Part shown: in pieces, positions 31,601-41,046 of the stretch
Layout of the letters: each line of letters opens with the position of its first letter
Position numbering within the stretch: the first letter of the stretch is position 1
Source: an uncultured virus (IMG/VR IMGVR_UViG_3300009183_000081)
Lineage: Duplodnaviria; Heunggongvirae; Uroviricota; Caudoviricetes
IMG/VR virus record: IMGVR_UViG_3300009183_000081
Length of the DNA stretch: 64,000 nucleotides
Reading direction: 5' to 3' (one strand)
Program-made: the position numbers and the translations under genes
The notes under the pieces: model-generated
What the model was told of the DNA's origin: nothing
Databases searched by the model: none
Seen by the model: only the letters and a program-made list of their open reading frames with translations

Positions 31601-33110
31601 AGACACAGAAGCTGGCGTAAATGAAGTTAAAGATACTCTTAGTAAACTATTCGAAGGTATGCTAGACTATCTAAAGGGCAAACCTTCTGAACCTGATACA
31701 ACTGGGCTATCTAAGGAGGAAGCTGCACGTCGAGCTAAAGCCGAAAAGGCCGTACAGGACGTAATTGCCAAAGCTCTAGCATTAACTGCCTTTGCAACCT
31801 CTGTCCCTATCCCAATCGTTACGTTTGACCTAAGTAAAAAATGTTGTAAAACCGAGCCGGTCAGTTTTCCAACAATTGATCCAGCCCTTGCTGCCGCCTT
31901 TTCAATAATACTTGCACTAGTTAACGCCGTGATTGGTGGTCTAAAGGCCGAAGATTTTATGGCCGCTCTCGGAATACCCGATATAAAACAAAAAATTAGC
32001 ATACAATTAATTTTTGACATGCTAATTGCAATAATTGAATCAATTCCAGAAGTTCCACTGCCAGATCCATCAAGTATCGTTAACTTATTTAAGTCAACAA
32101 TCATTCCAATGTTTACTTCAACCTCATTACCTGGTGCTCCAAACCCATTACACCCGCCAATGTTCCCAATTGTAATTCCGTTAGATCCAATTTTAAAACC
32201 TCTAATTAAAATTGCATTAGGTTTATTAATCGAAGCTATCTTAAAGCTCTTATCTAGAGCTGATGCTAATTTAAAAGCAGCGTCTGGTGCTGATCAGAAA
32301 GGTGGGCTATATAATTCAGATCAACTACTTAATCAGGTTTTAACTGAGGCATGTGGCAATACTGGAATCTCAGCAAATCTAACATTTGATCAAGTTGGAT
32401 CAAATCTAAATTCTTCAAATGTTAGTATCACAGTAACTCTGCCAAACGGTAAGAAATTTAAGTTGCCTAAAATACCAGCATTTCCAGTTGATGTAATTGC
32501 ATACTTCCAATTGTTAACTGGTCCAGACATCATTGAATTAGTTAGAAGCCTGTTCAACGGCATATTTGATCAAATAATGGATCCAATTGTCCAAATCGTT
32601 AATATAGTTTCAGCCATTGCTAAATCACTAGACACTTACGAGTTTAATCTAATCGAAGCCGGTATTCCGCAAGTCACCATAATCAAGTTACTCATAATGA
32701 AGCTTGATTCCATGATTCCAAAGGGTATCAAAACCAAAATAATTAGTCCTGAAGTAATGGCAATAATTCAAGCAGCAACCATTCCAGCTCTAAAATTTGC
32801 AGAACCGGTAGTTAAAGAAGTTGCATGGATCGGCGTTCTTGCACTATGCGCGGCCGCTTCACCAGCCACTGCATATAAAACTGTATCGATTGCGCGTATG
32901 TTTCATCCAATAGTGAATCAAGACGATCTACCACCATGGGAAAGGTTAACTCATAAGAATCCATTATTCGCGATTTTCCTTGACGAGATAGCCTGGAGAG
33001 GATCAATCTATTCAACCGGTTCACTAATATTTCAGACGAAAACTCCAGCAGTTTTACCGTACACACCAATTTTTCCGATCATCCACATTTCGCCACATAC
33101 TCTCGGTTAA
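28629..33110 (+). CDS. Large hypothetical protein (1493 aa) with coiled coils and Pro-rich hydrophobic segments
   Basis: Long ORF; no recognised family. Confidence 0.7.
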   Translation: MATNTLFKELLKQVKCEEISSTGFSQADLDAVKACIQNVKPPDTPVSIKLPAQPSPDCVPAANEQVKKIIADEQRKLPIAIRKSILKAKVQELRDNLTPIKEYYNARYDFYTATVKKVEPSTSQYLYWEDEYNRLTNLTKSLYTILSNDSELYFSWGYTVIYVINRANEDFDNSEVRQFFKKLPDDLNSSSSISSIINTIPSNPYNDEYFATVVNNILGTLLKAPKFIEWLVASRARAYAYESREIAIGNATNSQNTQIQNIEALPSQASAQALIQNTFRKISRQLLVTFQSNTGTQNGLTVPSKTAGLTLTLIGKNGVSAKLPVIHDDGTTEQIDTIIPINGSADLIKPIFSTKTSFSTQHINQYDPESSTNPPRSDSDYTILSGLLYNGGVQYNSYIGLYNKVSNPISKLFTLEERGLTINESQIDPKLKEAKDAPTSIKQDNITLYVANQTKYEDFYTNLDKSYPVKIKEEYSNVYPAAIKSTLADLRILAQREAADQFRKVPNSFLKLARPTSYTASPGSTVFNSGTFTYSSVDSTLSQVLAYYKKANEEIDQLIKDCDDQISQLEKDIKANLMDQDIISKKILGIPCFAKTPTIPSDPNCEAAALAKLGTDPLYIHTLGGTDSSLPDFTTQCYWKKFTDALNKVSLLPFPDISGPPPANTVFRYWPINCIIPAGPALVLLPIPPKWSPLFVLPTPLGTLVCLLTMPIAPVGIPLPSVSLFYFAPDSNKYLVASTNIPLLFSDPTFTTLKFGFELDNSPTSINPLGLHPTNPYKGQMVKGSIQVPVAVSAAIAKAKRLAEIAALIAQGKIPNLPLSMIEDLLNLLNESPDSDFARQVKKFRGTVNTQLNKLGEMQTNAIEDLKNKLKDARDAALDKTFGEKDPAKRRKSRKNARDLQILELQEKIDATLNCFDPWIDNIKFGTISYPKDATKHNPQLPKAAQTVIELLELASRGDLMLKSMSLNKKLIKIINKVNIKKFIKKTEFTIDTEAGVNEVKDTLSKLFEGMLDYLKGKPSEPDTTGLSKEEAARRAKAEKAVQDVIAKALALTAFATSVPIPIVTFDLSKKCCKTEPVSFPTIDPALAAAFSIILALVNAVIGGLKAEDFMAALGIPDIKQKISIQLIFDMLIAIIESIPEVPLPDPSSIVNLFKSTIIPMFTSTSLPGAPNPLHPPMFPIVIPLDPILKPLIKIALGLLIEAILKLLSRADANLKAASGADQKGGLYNSDQLLNQVLTEACGNTGISANLTFDQVGSNLNSSNVSITVTLPNGKKFKLPKIPAFPVDVIAYFQLLTGPDIIELVRSLFNGIFDQIMDPIVQIVNIVSAIAKSLDTYEFNLIEAGIPQVTIIKLLIMKLDSMIPKGIKTKIISPEVMAIIQAATIPALKFAEPVVKEVAWIGVLALCAAASPATAYKTVSIARMFHPIVNQDDLPPWERLTHKNPLFAIFLDEIAWRGSIYSTGSLIFQTKTPAVLPYTPIFPIIHISPHTLG

Positions 33111-33125
33111 TAATCTATATTTTCT

Positions 33126-33153
33126 AAAACCTGTGGTGAAATCTCTGTATAAT
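33126..33153 (+). promoter_or_regulatory. Pre-replicative promoter AAAC-N17-TATAAT upstream of the S1-like gene
   Basis: AAAC ends at 33130 and TATAAT starts at 33148; the same spacing recurs at six other loci. Confidence 0.65.
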
Positions 33154-33180
33154 TTATTACTTAACTTTAAAAAATAGTAA

Positions 33181-34362
33181 ATGGAAAACAACCAATTCAC
33201 GACCGAAGAACTTGATGCTCTATTCAGTCAATCGACATCGAAGTACAACACTACAATCAAATTAACTGAAGCTGACCGTAGAGCTGGCGTAAAGATTTTA
33301 TGTAAAGAGCCCTATGCTCAAGAATTATATGATCTCTATTCTAGATTCGAATCAGGTTCACCAATTACATCAAAAGACTTTACCGAAGGTCAATTATGTA
33401 CAGTTATCGCAAAGAGTATTGATTTTGACGGTAAGATGATTATTGCAGATGAGAAATTCTCAAAATCAACAGTTTACATTCCATTTAGAGAATTTACAGA
33501 AGAGCCATCATTATTACTTAATGACGGAGACCTACGAGAATTTAAAGTAGTTATTACTAAAGCAACTGCTGGAGACTATGTTGGATCTGAGAAGAAATGC
33601 GCAGCGTTTACTTATCGTGAAAACTTAAATAGCTTCATGAAGGACGAAAAATGGTTCTACGTAAAAGTTGTTAGCTTAGTAAAAGGCGGATACCTTGCTC
33701 TATATAAAGGAACCGTTAAATGTTTCTTACCTGGATCTCATGCAGCAGCCAACGTAATTAGAGACTTTAATGAGTACTTAAACACTGAAATTCCAGTTAT
33801 GATTGAGAATTTTGATGCAACAAATGACCTGTTCATTGTTTCTTACAAGAAGTACATCAAACACACATTACCTCAAAAAGTATACGAATTGGAATTCGGT
33901 AAAGAGTACAAAGGTATCTTAACCAATAAACCATACGATTTCGGTATCTTTGTTGAATTCCAAAATTACTACACAGGTTTAATCCATAAGAGCGAATTTG
34001 AAAATTATGCAGAATTTGCAGAAGGTCGTAAATCAGGCGATGAGATTTCATTCTACATCAAGGATATTATCATCAAGAAAGGAGAACCTCGTATTGTGTT
34101 AACCGACACACTTGATAAAGTAGATTACGAAAAAATTCAATGGCAAAGTCTAAAAGATAGAGTTGAAGGTCACACCCTAAACTTTACGTTAGACAAAGAA
34201 GACTTTTCAATTGAATTGGAGATGCCAGACGAAGATATTGTCTTCAGAACTGACGTAAGTCACCTTAAGGGCCGAATCCGAATACCTAATGAAGGCCAGG
34301 TGAAAATCCTACGAGTTGATACCTTTAGAAAAAATTTAAAATTTGATTTCTTACAAGCTTAG
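33181..34362 (+). CDS. Ribosomal protein S1-like protein (multiple S1/OB domains)
   Basis: VKGGYLA...KCFLPGSH, IVSYKKY and DFGIFVEF..YTGLIHKSE are S1-repeat signatures. Confidence 0.8.
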   Translation: MENNQFTTEELDALFSQSTSKYNTTIKLTEADRRAGVKILCKEPYAQELYDLYSRFESGSPITSKDFTEGQLCTVIAKSIDFDGKMIIADEKFSKSTVYIPFREFTEEPSLLLNDGDLREFKVVITKATAGDYVGSEKKCAAFTYRENLNSFMKDEKWFYVKVVSLVKGGYLALYKGTVKCFLPGSHAAANVIRDFNEYLNTEIPVMIENFDATNDLFIVSYKKYIKHTLPQKVYELEFGKEYKGILTNKPYDFGIFVEFQNYYTGLIHKSEFENYAEFAEGRKSGDEISFYIKDIIIKKGEPRIVLTDTLDKVDYEKIQWQSLKDRVEGHTLNFTLDKEDFSIELEMPDEDIVFRTDVSHLKGRIRIPNEGQVKILRVDTFRKNLKFDFLQA

Positions 34363-34392
34363 TAGTTATTTGGTACTTTAATAAATAACTAA

Positions 34393-34530
34393 GATGTATA
34401 AGTCAAACTTTAAAAACACGCAATTCGGTTCACAGGTTAGTAAATTTTACTCAAACCACTTATTAGCTAACCGCCGATCAAGCGCCAGTACTTATACACA
34501 CAATACCAGTATTAACCGTAAAATTTACTT
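34393..34530 (+). promoter_or_regulatory. Candidate structured 5' leader RNA of nrdB
   Basis: Nested complementary segments plus a 12-nt perfect crossing pair (see findings). Confidence 0.5.
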
Positions 34531-34544
34531 AAACTAAAAAATTA

Positions 34545-35504
34545 ATGGAACCTATCCTAGTAGAGAATCCCAATCGATTCGTTGTCTTCCCAATCCAGCA
34601 TCATGACTTGTGGGAATATTATAAAAAAGCGGAAGCTAGTTTTTGGACAGCTGAGGAAATTGACCTTGCTGCCGACCTAGTCGACTGGCGAACTAAATTA
34701 AATGATGACGAGAGACACTTTATCAAGCATGTATTAGCATTCTTTGCAGCGAGTGATGGAATAGTTAACGAGAATTTAGCTGAGAATTTTGTTAAAGAAG
34801 TTCAATACCCAGAGGCTAAATTTTTCTATGGATTCCAAATTATGATGGAAAATATCCACTCTGAGACCTACTCATTGCTTATTGATACCTATATTGCTGA
34901 TCCGGAAGAGAAAATGAAATTGTTTAGAGCAATCGATACTATTCCAGCAGTTGCTAAAAAGGCAGAGTGGGCATTACGTTGGATCAAGAATTCAACTTTC
35001 CAAGAAAGACTTGTTGCGTTTGCAGCAGTCGAAGGAATCTTCTTCTCAGGATCGTTCTGTTCTATTTTTTGGTTGAAAAAACGGGGCCTTATGCCAGGAT
35101 TAAGTTTCTCAAATGAACTTATTTCAAGAGACGAAGGCTCGCATACAGATTTTGCAGTTCACCTACACAATAATCATATCAACAATAAAGTTTCTCCAGA
35201 GAGAATCAAAGAGATCTTATTATCTGCTCTAGAAATTGAAAAAGAATTTATCATTGATGCATTACCAGTCAAAGTAATCGGTATGAATTCTGACTTAATG
35301 TCTCAATACTTAGAGTTTGTAACAGATCGACTATTACAAGATTTAGGTTGTGAAAAGGTCTTCAATGTGCAAAATCCGTTTGATTTTATGGTAAACATCG
35401 CGTTAAATGGAAAAACTAATTTCTTCGAGAAGAGAGTTGGCGAATATCAGAAAGCGGGAGTAAAATCCGGAGATACAGGTTTTTCAATGGATGCAGATTT
35501 TTAA
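34545..35504 (+). CDS. nrdB: Ribonucleotide reductase class Ia beta subunit
   Basis: [37 protein letters not shown] and KTNFFEKRV. Confidence 0.97.
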   Translation: MEPILVENPNRFVVFPIQHHDLWEYYKKAEASFWTAEEIDLAADLVDWRTKLNDDERHFIKHVLAFFAASDGIVNENLAENFVKEVQYPEAKFFYGFQIMMENIHSETYSLLIDTYIADPEEKMKLFRAIDTIPAVAKKAEWALRWIKNSTFQERLVAFAAVEGIFFSGSFCSIFWLKKRGLMPGLSFSNELISRDEGSHTDFAVHLHNNHINNKVSPERIKEILLSALEIEKEFIIDALPVKVIGMNSDLMSQYLEFVTDRLLQDLGCEKVFNVQNPFDFMVNIALNGKTNFFEKRVGEYQKAGVKSGDTGFSMDADF

Positions 35505-35528
35505 CAATAAAAAACAAGGATTTAAGAA

Positions 35529-37937
35529 ATGAAAGTAATAAAAAGAGATGGCCACGCAGAAACTCTGCGCCTTGATAAAATAACTAACCGTATCAAGAAA
35601 CAAACTTACGGATTAGACACAGACCATGTAGATGCCCTTGAGGTTGCAACGAAAGTTGTATCAGGCCTATATGACGGAATTAGCACAGAAAAACTTGATA
35701 GCCTTGCGGCCGAGACATCGGCTGCACTAGCCTACATTCACCCAGACTATTCAATCTTAGCTGCACGAATAGCAATCACCAGATTACATAAAACAACTAC
35801 TAAATCGTTTAGTGATACGATTGAACACCTTTACACCTACATCGATCCAAAGACTGGCCAGAATGCCGGCTTAATTTCAGACGAAACGTATGCAGCAGTT
35901 AAGAAGAATGCAAGTACTTTAAATGAGGCAATCATTCATGATAGAGATCTTAATTTCGACTATTTTGGTTTCAAGACCCTCGAGAGAAGTTACCTATTAA
36001 AAACTAACGGTCAGCCTGCTGAATCCCCACAACATCTTTACATGAGAGTTGCGGTTGGAATTTGGGGCACAGACGTTCAAAATGTCCTAAAGACATACGA
36101 ACTCTTGTCAACTCATCAAATGACTCACGCAACACCTACTCTATTTAATGCAGGTACAAAACGTCCACAATTATCTTCATGCTTCTTATTAACAATGCAA
36201 GAAGATTCAATCTCTGGAATTTACAAGACCTTAACTGACGTTGCTGCAATTTCGCAAAACGCTGGAGGAATAGGTTTAGCCATTTCAAATATCCGAGCAA
36301 CAGGTTCTTACATTAAAGGAACTAACGGTACATCAAATGGTATTGTGCCAATGCTTAAAGTATTCAATGAAACAGCTAGATACGTTGATCAAGGCGGCGG
36401 AAAGCGTAAAGGTTCATTTGCAATCTATTTAGAGCCATGGCATGCCGATATTGAAGACTTCTTGGAATTAAGAAAGAATCACGGTAAAGAAGAACGTCGT
36501 GCAAGAGATTTATTCTTGGCGTTATGGACACCAGATCTTTTCATGAAACGTGTTGAAGAAGATGCAGATTGGACTCTATTCTGTCCTGCTGAAATCAATT
36601 GCGAACTTTGGGAAATGTACGGCGAAGAATTTGAAAAGAATTACATTCGTCTTGAACAAGAAGGAAAAGGACGCCACACAGTTAAGGCCAGAGTTCTTTG
36701 GCAAAAGGTGCTAGAGGCTCAAGTTGAAACCGGTACACCATACATCCTATTTAAAGATGCAGCAAACATCAAATCAAATCAAAAAAATCTAGGTACAATC
36801 AAGTCATCAAACTTATGTACTGAAATTATTGAATACACGTCAAAGGATGAGCAAGCTGTATGTAACTTAGCGTCAATTCCAGTAAATCAATTTATCAATA
36901 TTGGAAAACGTTCAGGTAAATTAAGAAAACCTCAATGCGATTATAATTTTACAGAATTGTATGAAGTTGCATATCAAACTACTCTAAACCTAAATAAGGT
37001 AATTGATGTAAACTACTATCCAACTGTTGAAACTAAAAATTCAAATGTAAAGCATCGACCTATCGGGATCGGAATCCAAGGATTAGCCGATACATTTGCA
37101 ATCATGGGTTACGAATTCAGTAATGATGAGGCTAAGAAATTAAATAGCGATATTTTTGAGACTATTTACTTCGCGGCAATGGAAGCATCAATTGACCTTG
37201 CTAAAAAAGAAGGATCATACGAGTCATATCAAGGTTCTCCATTAAGCCAAGGCCAATTTCAGTTTAATCTATGGGGAGTAAACGAATCTGAACTATCTGG
37301 ACTTTGGGATTGGACCGCTCTTCGCAAGAAATTAATGAAGTGGGGAGCTCGTAACTCTCTATTGCTTGCTCCGATGCCAACCGCTTCAACTGCTCAAATT
37401 ATGGGTAATAATGAAGCCTTTGAACCATTCACTTCAAATATTGGAACTCGTAGAACTCTTGCTGGCGAATTTATAGTAGTTAACAAACATCTAGTTAAAG
37501 ATCTAGTTGAATTGGATCTATGGAACGAATCTATGCGAAACCGAATTATCAGCGAAAAGGGCTCTGTCCAAAATATTCCAGAAATTCCAACTGAAATTAA
37601 AGCAATCTATAAAACCGTTTGGGAGATCAAGCAGAAAGATCTAATTGATATGGCAGCTGACCGTGGCAGATTCATCTGTCAATCACAGTCTCTAAATATC
37701 TTTATTAGAGATGTTAATACTGCAAAGCTTACATCAGCGCACTTCCATGCATGGAGAAAAGGCCTAAAAACCGGTATGTATTACTTACGAACAGAAGCTG
37801 CTTCTTCAGCAATTGCCTCGCTTGGATTAGATTTTAACGCAAAACCCGAAATAAAGCCTGTCGATATATTGGAAAACCTGGATGACATTACCTGTTCTCT
37901 AGATAACCCAGAGGATTGCATTGCATGTAGTTCATAA
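35529..37937 (+). CDS. nrdA: Ribonucleotide reductase class Ia alpha subunit with ATP cone
   Basis: [46 protein letters not shown] and C-terminal CIAC. Confidence 0.97.
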   Translation: MKVIKRDGHAETLRLDKITNRIKKQTYGLDTDHVDALEVATKVVSGLYDGISTEKLDSLAAETSAALAYIHPDYSILAARIAITRLHKTTTKSFSDTIEHLYTYIDPKTGQNAGLISDETYAAVKKNASTLNEAIIHDRDLNFDYFGFKTLERSYLLKTNGQPAESPQHLYMRVAVGIWGTDVQNVLKTYELLSTHQMTHATPTLFNAGTKRPQLSSCFLLTMQEDSISGIYKTLTDVAAISQNAGGIGLAISNIRATGSYIKGTNGTSNGIVPMLKVFNETARYVDQGGGKRKGSFAIYLEPWHADIEDFLELRKNHGKEERRARDLFLALWTPDLFMKRVEEDADWTLFCPAEINCELWEMYGEEFEKNYIRLEQEGKGRHTVKARVLWQKVLEAQVETGTPYILFKDAANIKSNQKNLGTIKSSNLCTEIIEYTSKDEQAVCNLASIPVNQFINIGKRSGKLRKPQCDYNFTELYEVAYQTTLNLNKVIDVNYYPTVETKNSNVKHRPIGIGIQGLADTFAIMGYEFSNDEAKKLNSDIFETIYFAAMEASIDLAKKEGSYESYQGSPLSQGQFQFNLWGVNESELSGLWDWTALRKKLMKWGARNSLLLAPMPTASTAQIMGNNEAFEPFTSNIGTRRTLAGEFIVVNKHLVKDLVELDLWNESMRNRIISEKGSVQNIPEIPTEIKAIYKTVWEIKQKDLIDMAADRGRFICQSQSLNIFIRDVNTAKLTSAHFHAWRKGLKTGMYYLRTEAASSAIASLGLDFNAKPEIKPVDILENLDDITCSLDNPEDCIACSS

Positions 37938-37967
37938 CCCTGGACTCAAATTTATTAAACCAAGTAC

Positions 37968-37994
37968 AAGGGAGGATTTTATCCTCCCTTTTTT
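37968..37994 (+). terminator. Intrinsic terminator after nrdA
   Basis: AAGGGAGGAT-TTT-ATCCTCCCTT followed by T run. Confidence 0.85.
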
Positions 37995-38027
37995 AATAAA
38001 TAACCCTAGTAAAAAAGCTATAAACTC

Positions 38028-38576
38028 ATGAGAATATTAGAATTTAAAGAATTCAGAAGACTATTATTGGAGGACGATCCTGCTCCAGCGCCAGATGCAG
38101 CAGCAGCTCCACCTCCACCGCCGCCGGCTGACCCAGCCGCAGCAATGCCACCTCCACCAATGGATATGGGCATGCCAGGCGCATTACCGCCTGACCCAAA
38201 CGCAGCACCAGCTGGTCCAACTGCTCCAACTGGCCTAAAATTCATTTTTATCCAGGATGCAGAGAATAAAAAATGGCACGGGTCTCACAACGAAGATGGC
38301 GGAACCAAAAGATTTACTCAATACGAAGTAACTCCAGACGAGCTAACTAAATGGTTAGAAGCTCACAAACTTGACAAAGATAAGGATCTAGTCTTAGCTG
38401 CATTAGCCGGAAGACGCCCAATGCCCGAAACAGTTTACTCAACTTTTAAGAAAGAGGTAATTGATGGCGATTTGGGATCTGATAAAGGAACTCTAGACAT
38501 TAAATTTGATTCAGGTGATAATTTCAGCCACCCATCAACGTCTGATCTAGAAGTAGTATTTTTAAAATCTAAATAA
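38028..38576 (+). CDS. Pro/Ala-rich protein, putative internal head protein
   Basis: N-terminus MRILEFKEFRRLLLE then a poly-Pro tract; TAATAAATAA at 37994-38003. Confidence 0.6.
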   Translation: MRILEFKEFRRLLLEDDPAPAPDAAAAPPPPPPADPAAAMPPPPMDMGMPGALPPDPNAAPAGPTAPTGLKFIFIQDAENKKWHGSHNEDGGTKRFTQYEVTPDELTKWLEAHKLDKDKDLVLAALAGRRPMPETVYSTFKKEVIDGDLGSDKGTLDIKFDSGDNFSHPSTSDLEVVFLKSK

Positions 38577-39280
38577 TGCAAAAGTTTAAGCATTTCATAT
38601 ACGAGTCAAAGTTTGATTCGTTTTCAAATATTATTGCCGAAGAGATCCTTGAGATTGTCAAAGGCAGTACTACGAGCAAACGAACAATAACCCGTGATTT
38701 GAATTACGATGAGCCGGTCTCATTCTTCTTAACCTTAAGTATTACCCGATCAAAAACATTTTCTCCAGCCAAGAGCAAGAATTTCAAGAGTCTTCCTTGG
38801 GAAACTATCAATTTTGAAAGACGCGGCTTTGTAATAGATGCAAACTCCTACATTCCAGGAAATGATGAAGAACCTGAGATTGAAATGTTTATCGTAATTA
38901 GCCCAGAGGCTGAGCCGACCTGCTATCAAACTCTATATTTTAAAATCTTAGATATTATTCGCCACGAGATGGAGCACCTACTTCAAAAAGGCGCAAACCG
39001 ACAAGCAGGTCATGCTGTTACAACAAGACAAAAGACTCGCACTGCCGCTGAAGAATCTTACGAATATTTTTTGCTACCTGATGAAATTCCATCAATGGTC
39101 TCGGGTATGCATTTAGCCGCGGCAAAAAAGAGAATTCCAATCGACGCAGAATTTGAGGACTACTTATTACCATTTATTAAATCCGGTTTTATAACTCAAG
39201 CAGAAGCGGATAAAGTTATTAGTGTATGGTTAGACTTTGCAAGAAAGCACTTTCCAAATACAAAAGTAGGAATTAATTGA
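38576..39280 (+). CDS. Putative HExxH zinc-metallopeptidase-like protein
   Basis: IRHEMEHLLQ plus downstream YFLLPDEI; N-terminus MQKFKHFIYE. Confidence 0.55.
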   Translation: MQKFKHFIYESKFDSFSNIIAEEILEIVKGSTTSKRTITRDLNYDEPVSFFLTLSITRSKTFSPAKSKNFKSLPWETINFERRGFVIDANSYIPGNDEEPEIEMFIVISPEAEPTCYQTLYFKILDIIRHEMEHLLQKGANRQAGHAVTTRQKTRTAAEESYEYFLLPDEIPSMVSGMHLAAAKKRIPIDAEFEDYLLPFIKSGFITQAEADKVISVWLDFARKHFPNTKVGIN

Positions 39281-39358
39281 TATTCTGAATAATATTTACC
39301 ACATTATTTAAAACCGGGTGAGACTCGGTAATATAAGATACAAAAAACTGATTAAATT

Positions 39359-39550
39359 ATGAATCCACAATGGTTAGAAGATCTTAAAGCTGCAATGAGT
39401 CAGTTAGAAGCTGAAACAAGCAAATTCTACGAAAAGGGTAACAAATCAGCAGGAACACGCGCTCGTAAATCTTTACAAGATATCAAAGCTTTGTGTCAAG
39501 CAGGTCGTACTCACATTCAAGAGTCTAAAGTTGAAGCTCCTAAAGCTTAA
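39359..39550 (+). CDS. Histone H1-like nucleoid protein (Hc1 family)
   Basis: KFYEKGNKSAGTRARKSLQDIK is the Hc1 core motif. Confidence 0.8.
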   Translation: MNPQWLEDLKAAMSQLEAETSKFYEKGNKSAGTRARKSLQDIKALCQAGRTHIQESKVEAPKA

Positions 39551-39574
39551 TACAAGATCACACGAATTATCATT

Positions 39575-39607
39575 AAGGGCAAAGTTTTAAAAACTTTGCC
39601 CTTTTTT
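39575..39607 (+). terminator. Intrinsic terminator after the Hc1-like gene
   Basis: AAGGGCAAAGTT...AACTTTGCCCTT followed by T run. Confidence 0.85.
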
Positions 39608-39610
39608 ATT

Positions 39611-39638
39611 GAAACTCCACCAACTTTTTTAGTACAAT
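39611..39638 (+). promoter_or_regulatory. Promoter GAAAC-N17-TACAAT upstream of gp32
   Basis: Same motif and spacing, immediately after a terminator. Confidence 0.65.
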
Positions 39639-39670
39639 TTATAAGTAAACATTAAAAATCATAAAGAACA

Positions 39671-40714
39671 ATGGAAGATCTATTCAATCTCAATCCAGAT
39701 GATTTCTCAGGTAAATCATCTTCTGCCGCCCGCAAGACGGACGACAACATCTACAATCCAGGCCCAGACCAAGGCCAAAATGGAATCTACAAATCGGTAA
39801 TCCGTTTTATTCCATGGGTAGGAGACCCATCAAAGAGCAAGTACAAAAAGTACGCTGCTAAATTAGTTAACCCATTAACGAATGAGCGTCTAATCGTAGA
39901 CTGTCCATCAACTAATGGAGGACCTTCAATTCTTTGGTCTCTTGACTTAGAATTGAAAAAATTAGCAAACGAAGAGCCAACTGTAGTTGAAGAAATTCGC
40001 AAGTATTTCAATCGTTACTACAATTACTACTCTTGCGTTTACATCAAGAAAGATCCTCAATTCCCAGCGAATGAAGGCAAAATCAAAGTTTATTCTTACG
40101 GATACACTATTGACAACTTGATCCAACAAGAGATCAATCCAGAAGCAGAGTTAGTTACGACTCAGAAAATCAATCCATTCTCTTTGACGCAAGGAAAAGA
40201 TTTCGTATTGGTGATCAAGCGTAAAACAAAAGCATGGAGAGATTTTAGCTCAAGCAAATTCATGAGCGAAGTAAGTCCATTAATCATCACTCACAATGGC
40301 AAAGAAATCCCAGTATCAAATGATCCAAAAGTAATGGGATTTGTGTCTGAATATTTCAAAAAGAATTCACCAGACTTAAGTCAATACTTCTACAAAGAAT
40401 GGACAGATGCAGAATACGAAAAAGTTGCAGAGTTTATCAAAGCAATCGTTCCGTACAAGCAAATCATTGATAACTTGGTTAGCAACTTGAAAGATGAGAA
40501 AATGAAGAAATACTTCACTAACTCTAAACCAGTTTCTCGCACAGTTGCACCGGCCGGCGAAGACTTAGAGTTTACTCCAGCTCCAGCTCAAACCAAAAGT
40601 GCAAGCGTATCAGTTGACTTAGACATGGATTTCGATTCTACGCCAGCTCCTGCTCCAGCTAAGGCTGCTGCAAAACCGGCTGATGACTTAGACGATCTTT
40701 TTGCAGACCTTTAA
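39671..40714 (+). CDS. gp32: Single-stranded DNA-binding protein (T4 gp32-like)
   Basis: SVIRFIP, IKKDPQFPANEGKIKVY, INPFSLTQGKDF and acidic tail DDLDDLFADL. Confidence 0.85.
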   Translation: MEDLFNLNPDDFSGKSSSAARKTDDNIYNPGPDQGQNGIYKSVIRFIPWVGDPSKSKYKKYAAKLVNPLTNERLIVDCPSTNGGPSILWSLDLELKKLANEEPTVVEEIRKYFNRYYNYYSCVYIKKDPQFPANEGKIKVYSYGYTIDNLIQQEINPEAELVTTQKINPFSLTQGKDFVLVIKRKTKAWRDFSSSKFMSEVSPLIITHNGKEIPVSNDPKVMGFVSEYFKKNSPDLSQYFYKEWTDAEYEKVAEFIKAIVPYKQIIDNLVSNLKDEKMKKYFTNSKPVSRTVAPAGEDLEFTPAPAQTKSASVSVDLDMDFDSTPAPAPAKAAAKPADDLDDLFADL

Positions 40715-40729
40715 AAATAACTGAATATC

Positions 40730-41044
40730 ATGTCAGAAAACACAGAACAAATAACCGAGATTGAAGACGTTGCTCAACAAGAGGCAATCGCTGAACCGAA
40801 ACCGCCAATGGCAACATTGTTAGGCTCAATCAGCTACGAGAACCATAAAGATTACGAAAATTTTCTTAATGGCTTAACTCTTGAGCACGCTGCAATCGTG
40901 CTAATCTCAGCGGCAAATTACGCTCACACAAAGGGTGCATTTTCGCTGGATGAGTCTGAGCTAATTGCGAAAGCAATCAAGCGAATGACAACGAAGCCTG
41001 AGAACGACTCAGCTTCGAATACTGAACCTCAAACTGAGCAATAA
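40730..41044 (+). CDS. Hypothetical protein
   Basis: 104-aa ORF packed in the operon. Confidence 0.6.
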   Translation: MSENTEQITEIEDVAQQEAIAEPKPPMATLLGSISYENHKDYENFLNGLTLEHAAIVLISAANYAHTKGAFSLDESELIAKAIKRMTTKPENDSASNTEPQTEQ

Positions 41045-41046
41045 AA

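Noticed and set aside
28629..33110. Tape measure protein call
   Set aside because: It is not next to tube or chaperone genes, is too Pro-rich and lacks typical periodic repeats; left as hypothetical.
34545..37937. Introns, inteins or homing endonucleases in nrdA/nrdB (also checked in helicase and UvsX)
   Set aside because: The proteins are of normal length with continuous motifs.
26190..37937. Bacterial chromosome or chimeric contig suggested by groEL, rpsA-like and nrdAB
   Set aside because: The genes are divergent, share phage promoter motifs and are interleaved with T4-like core genes.
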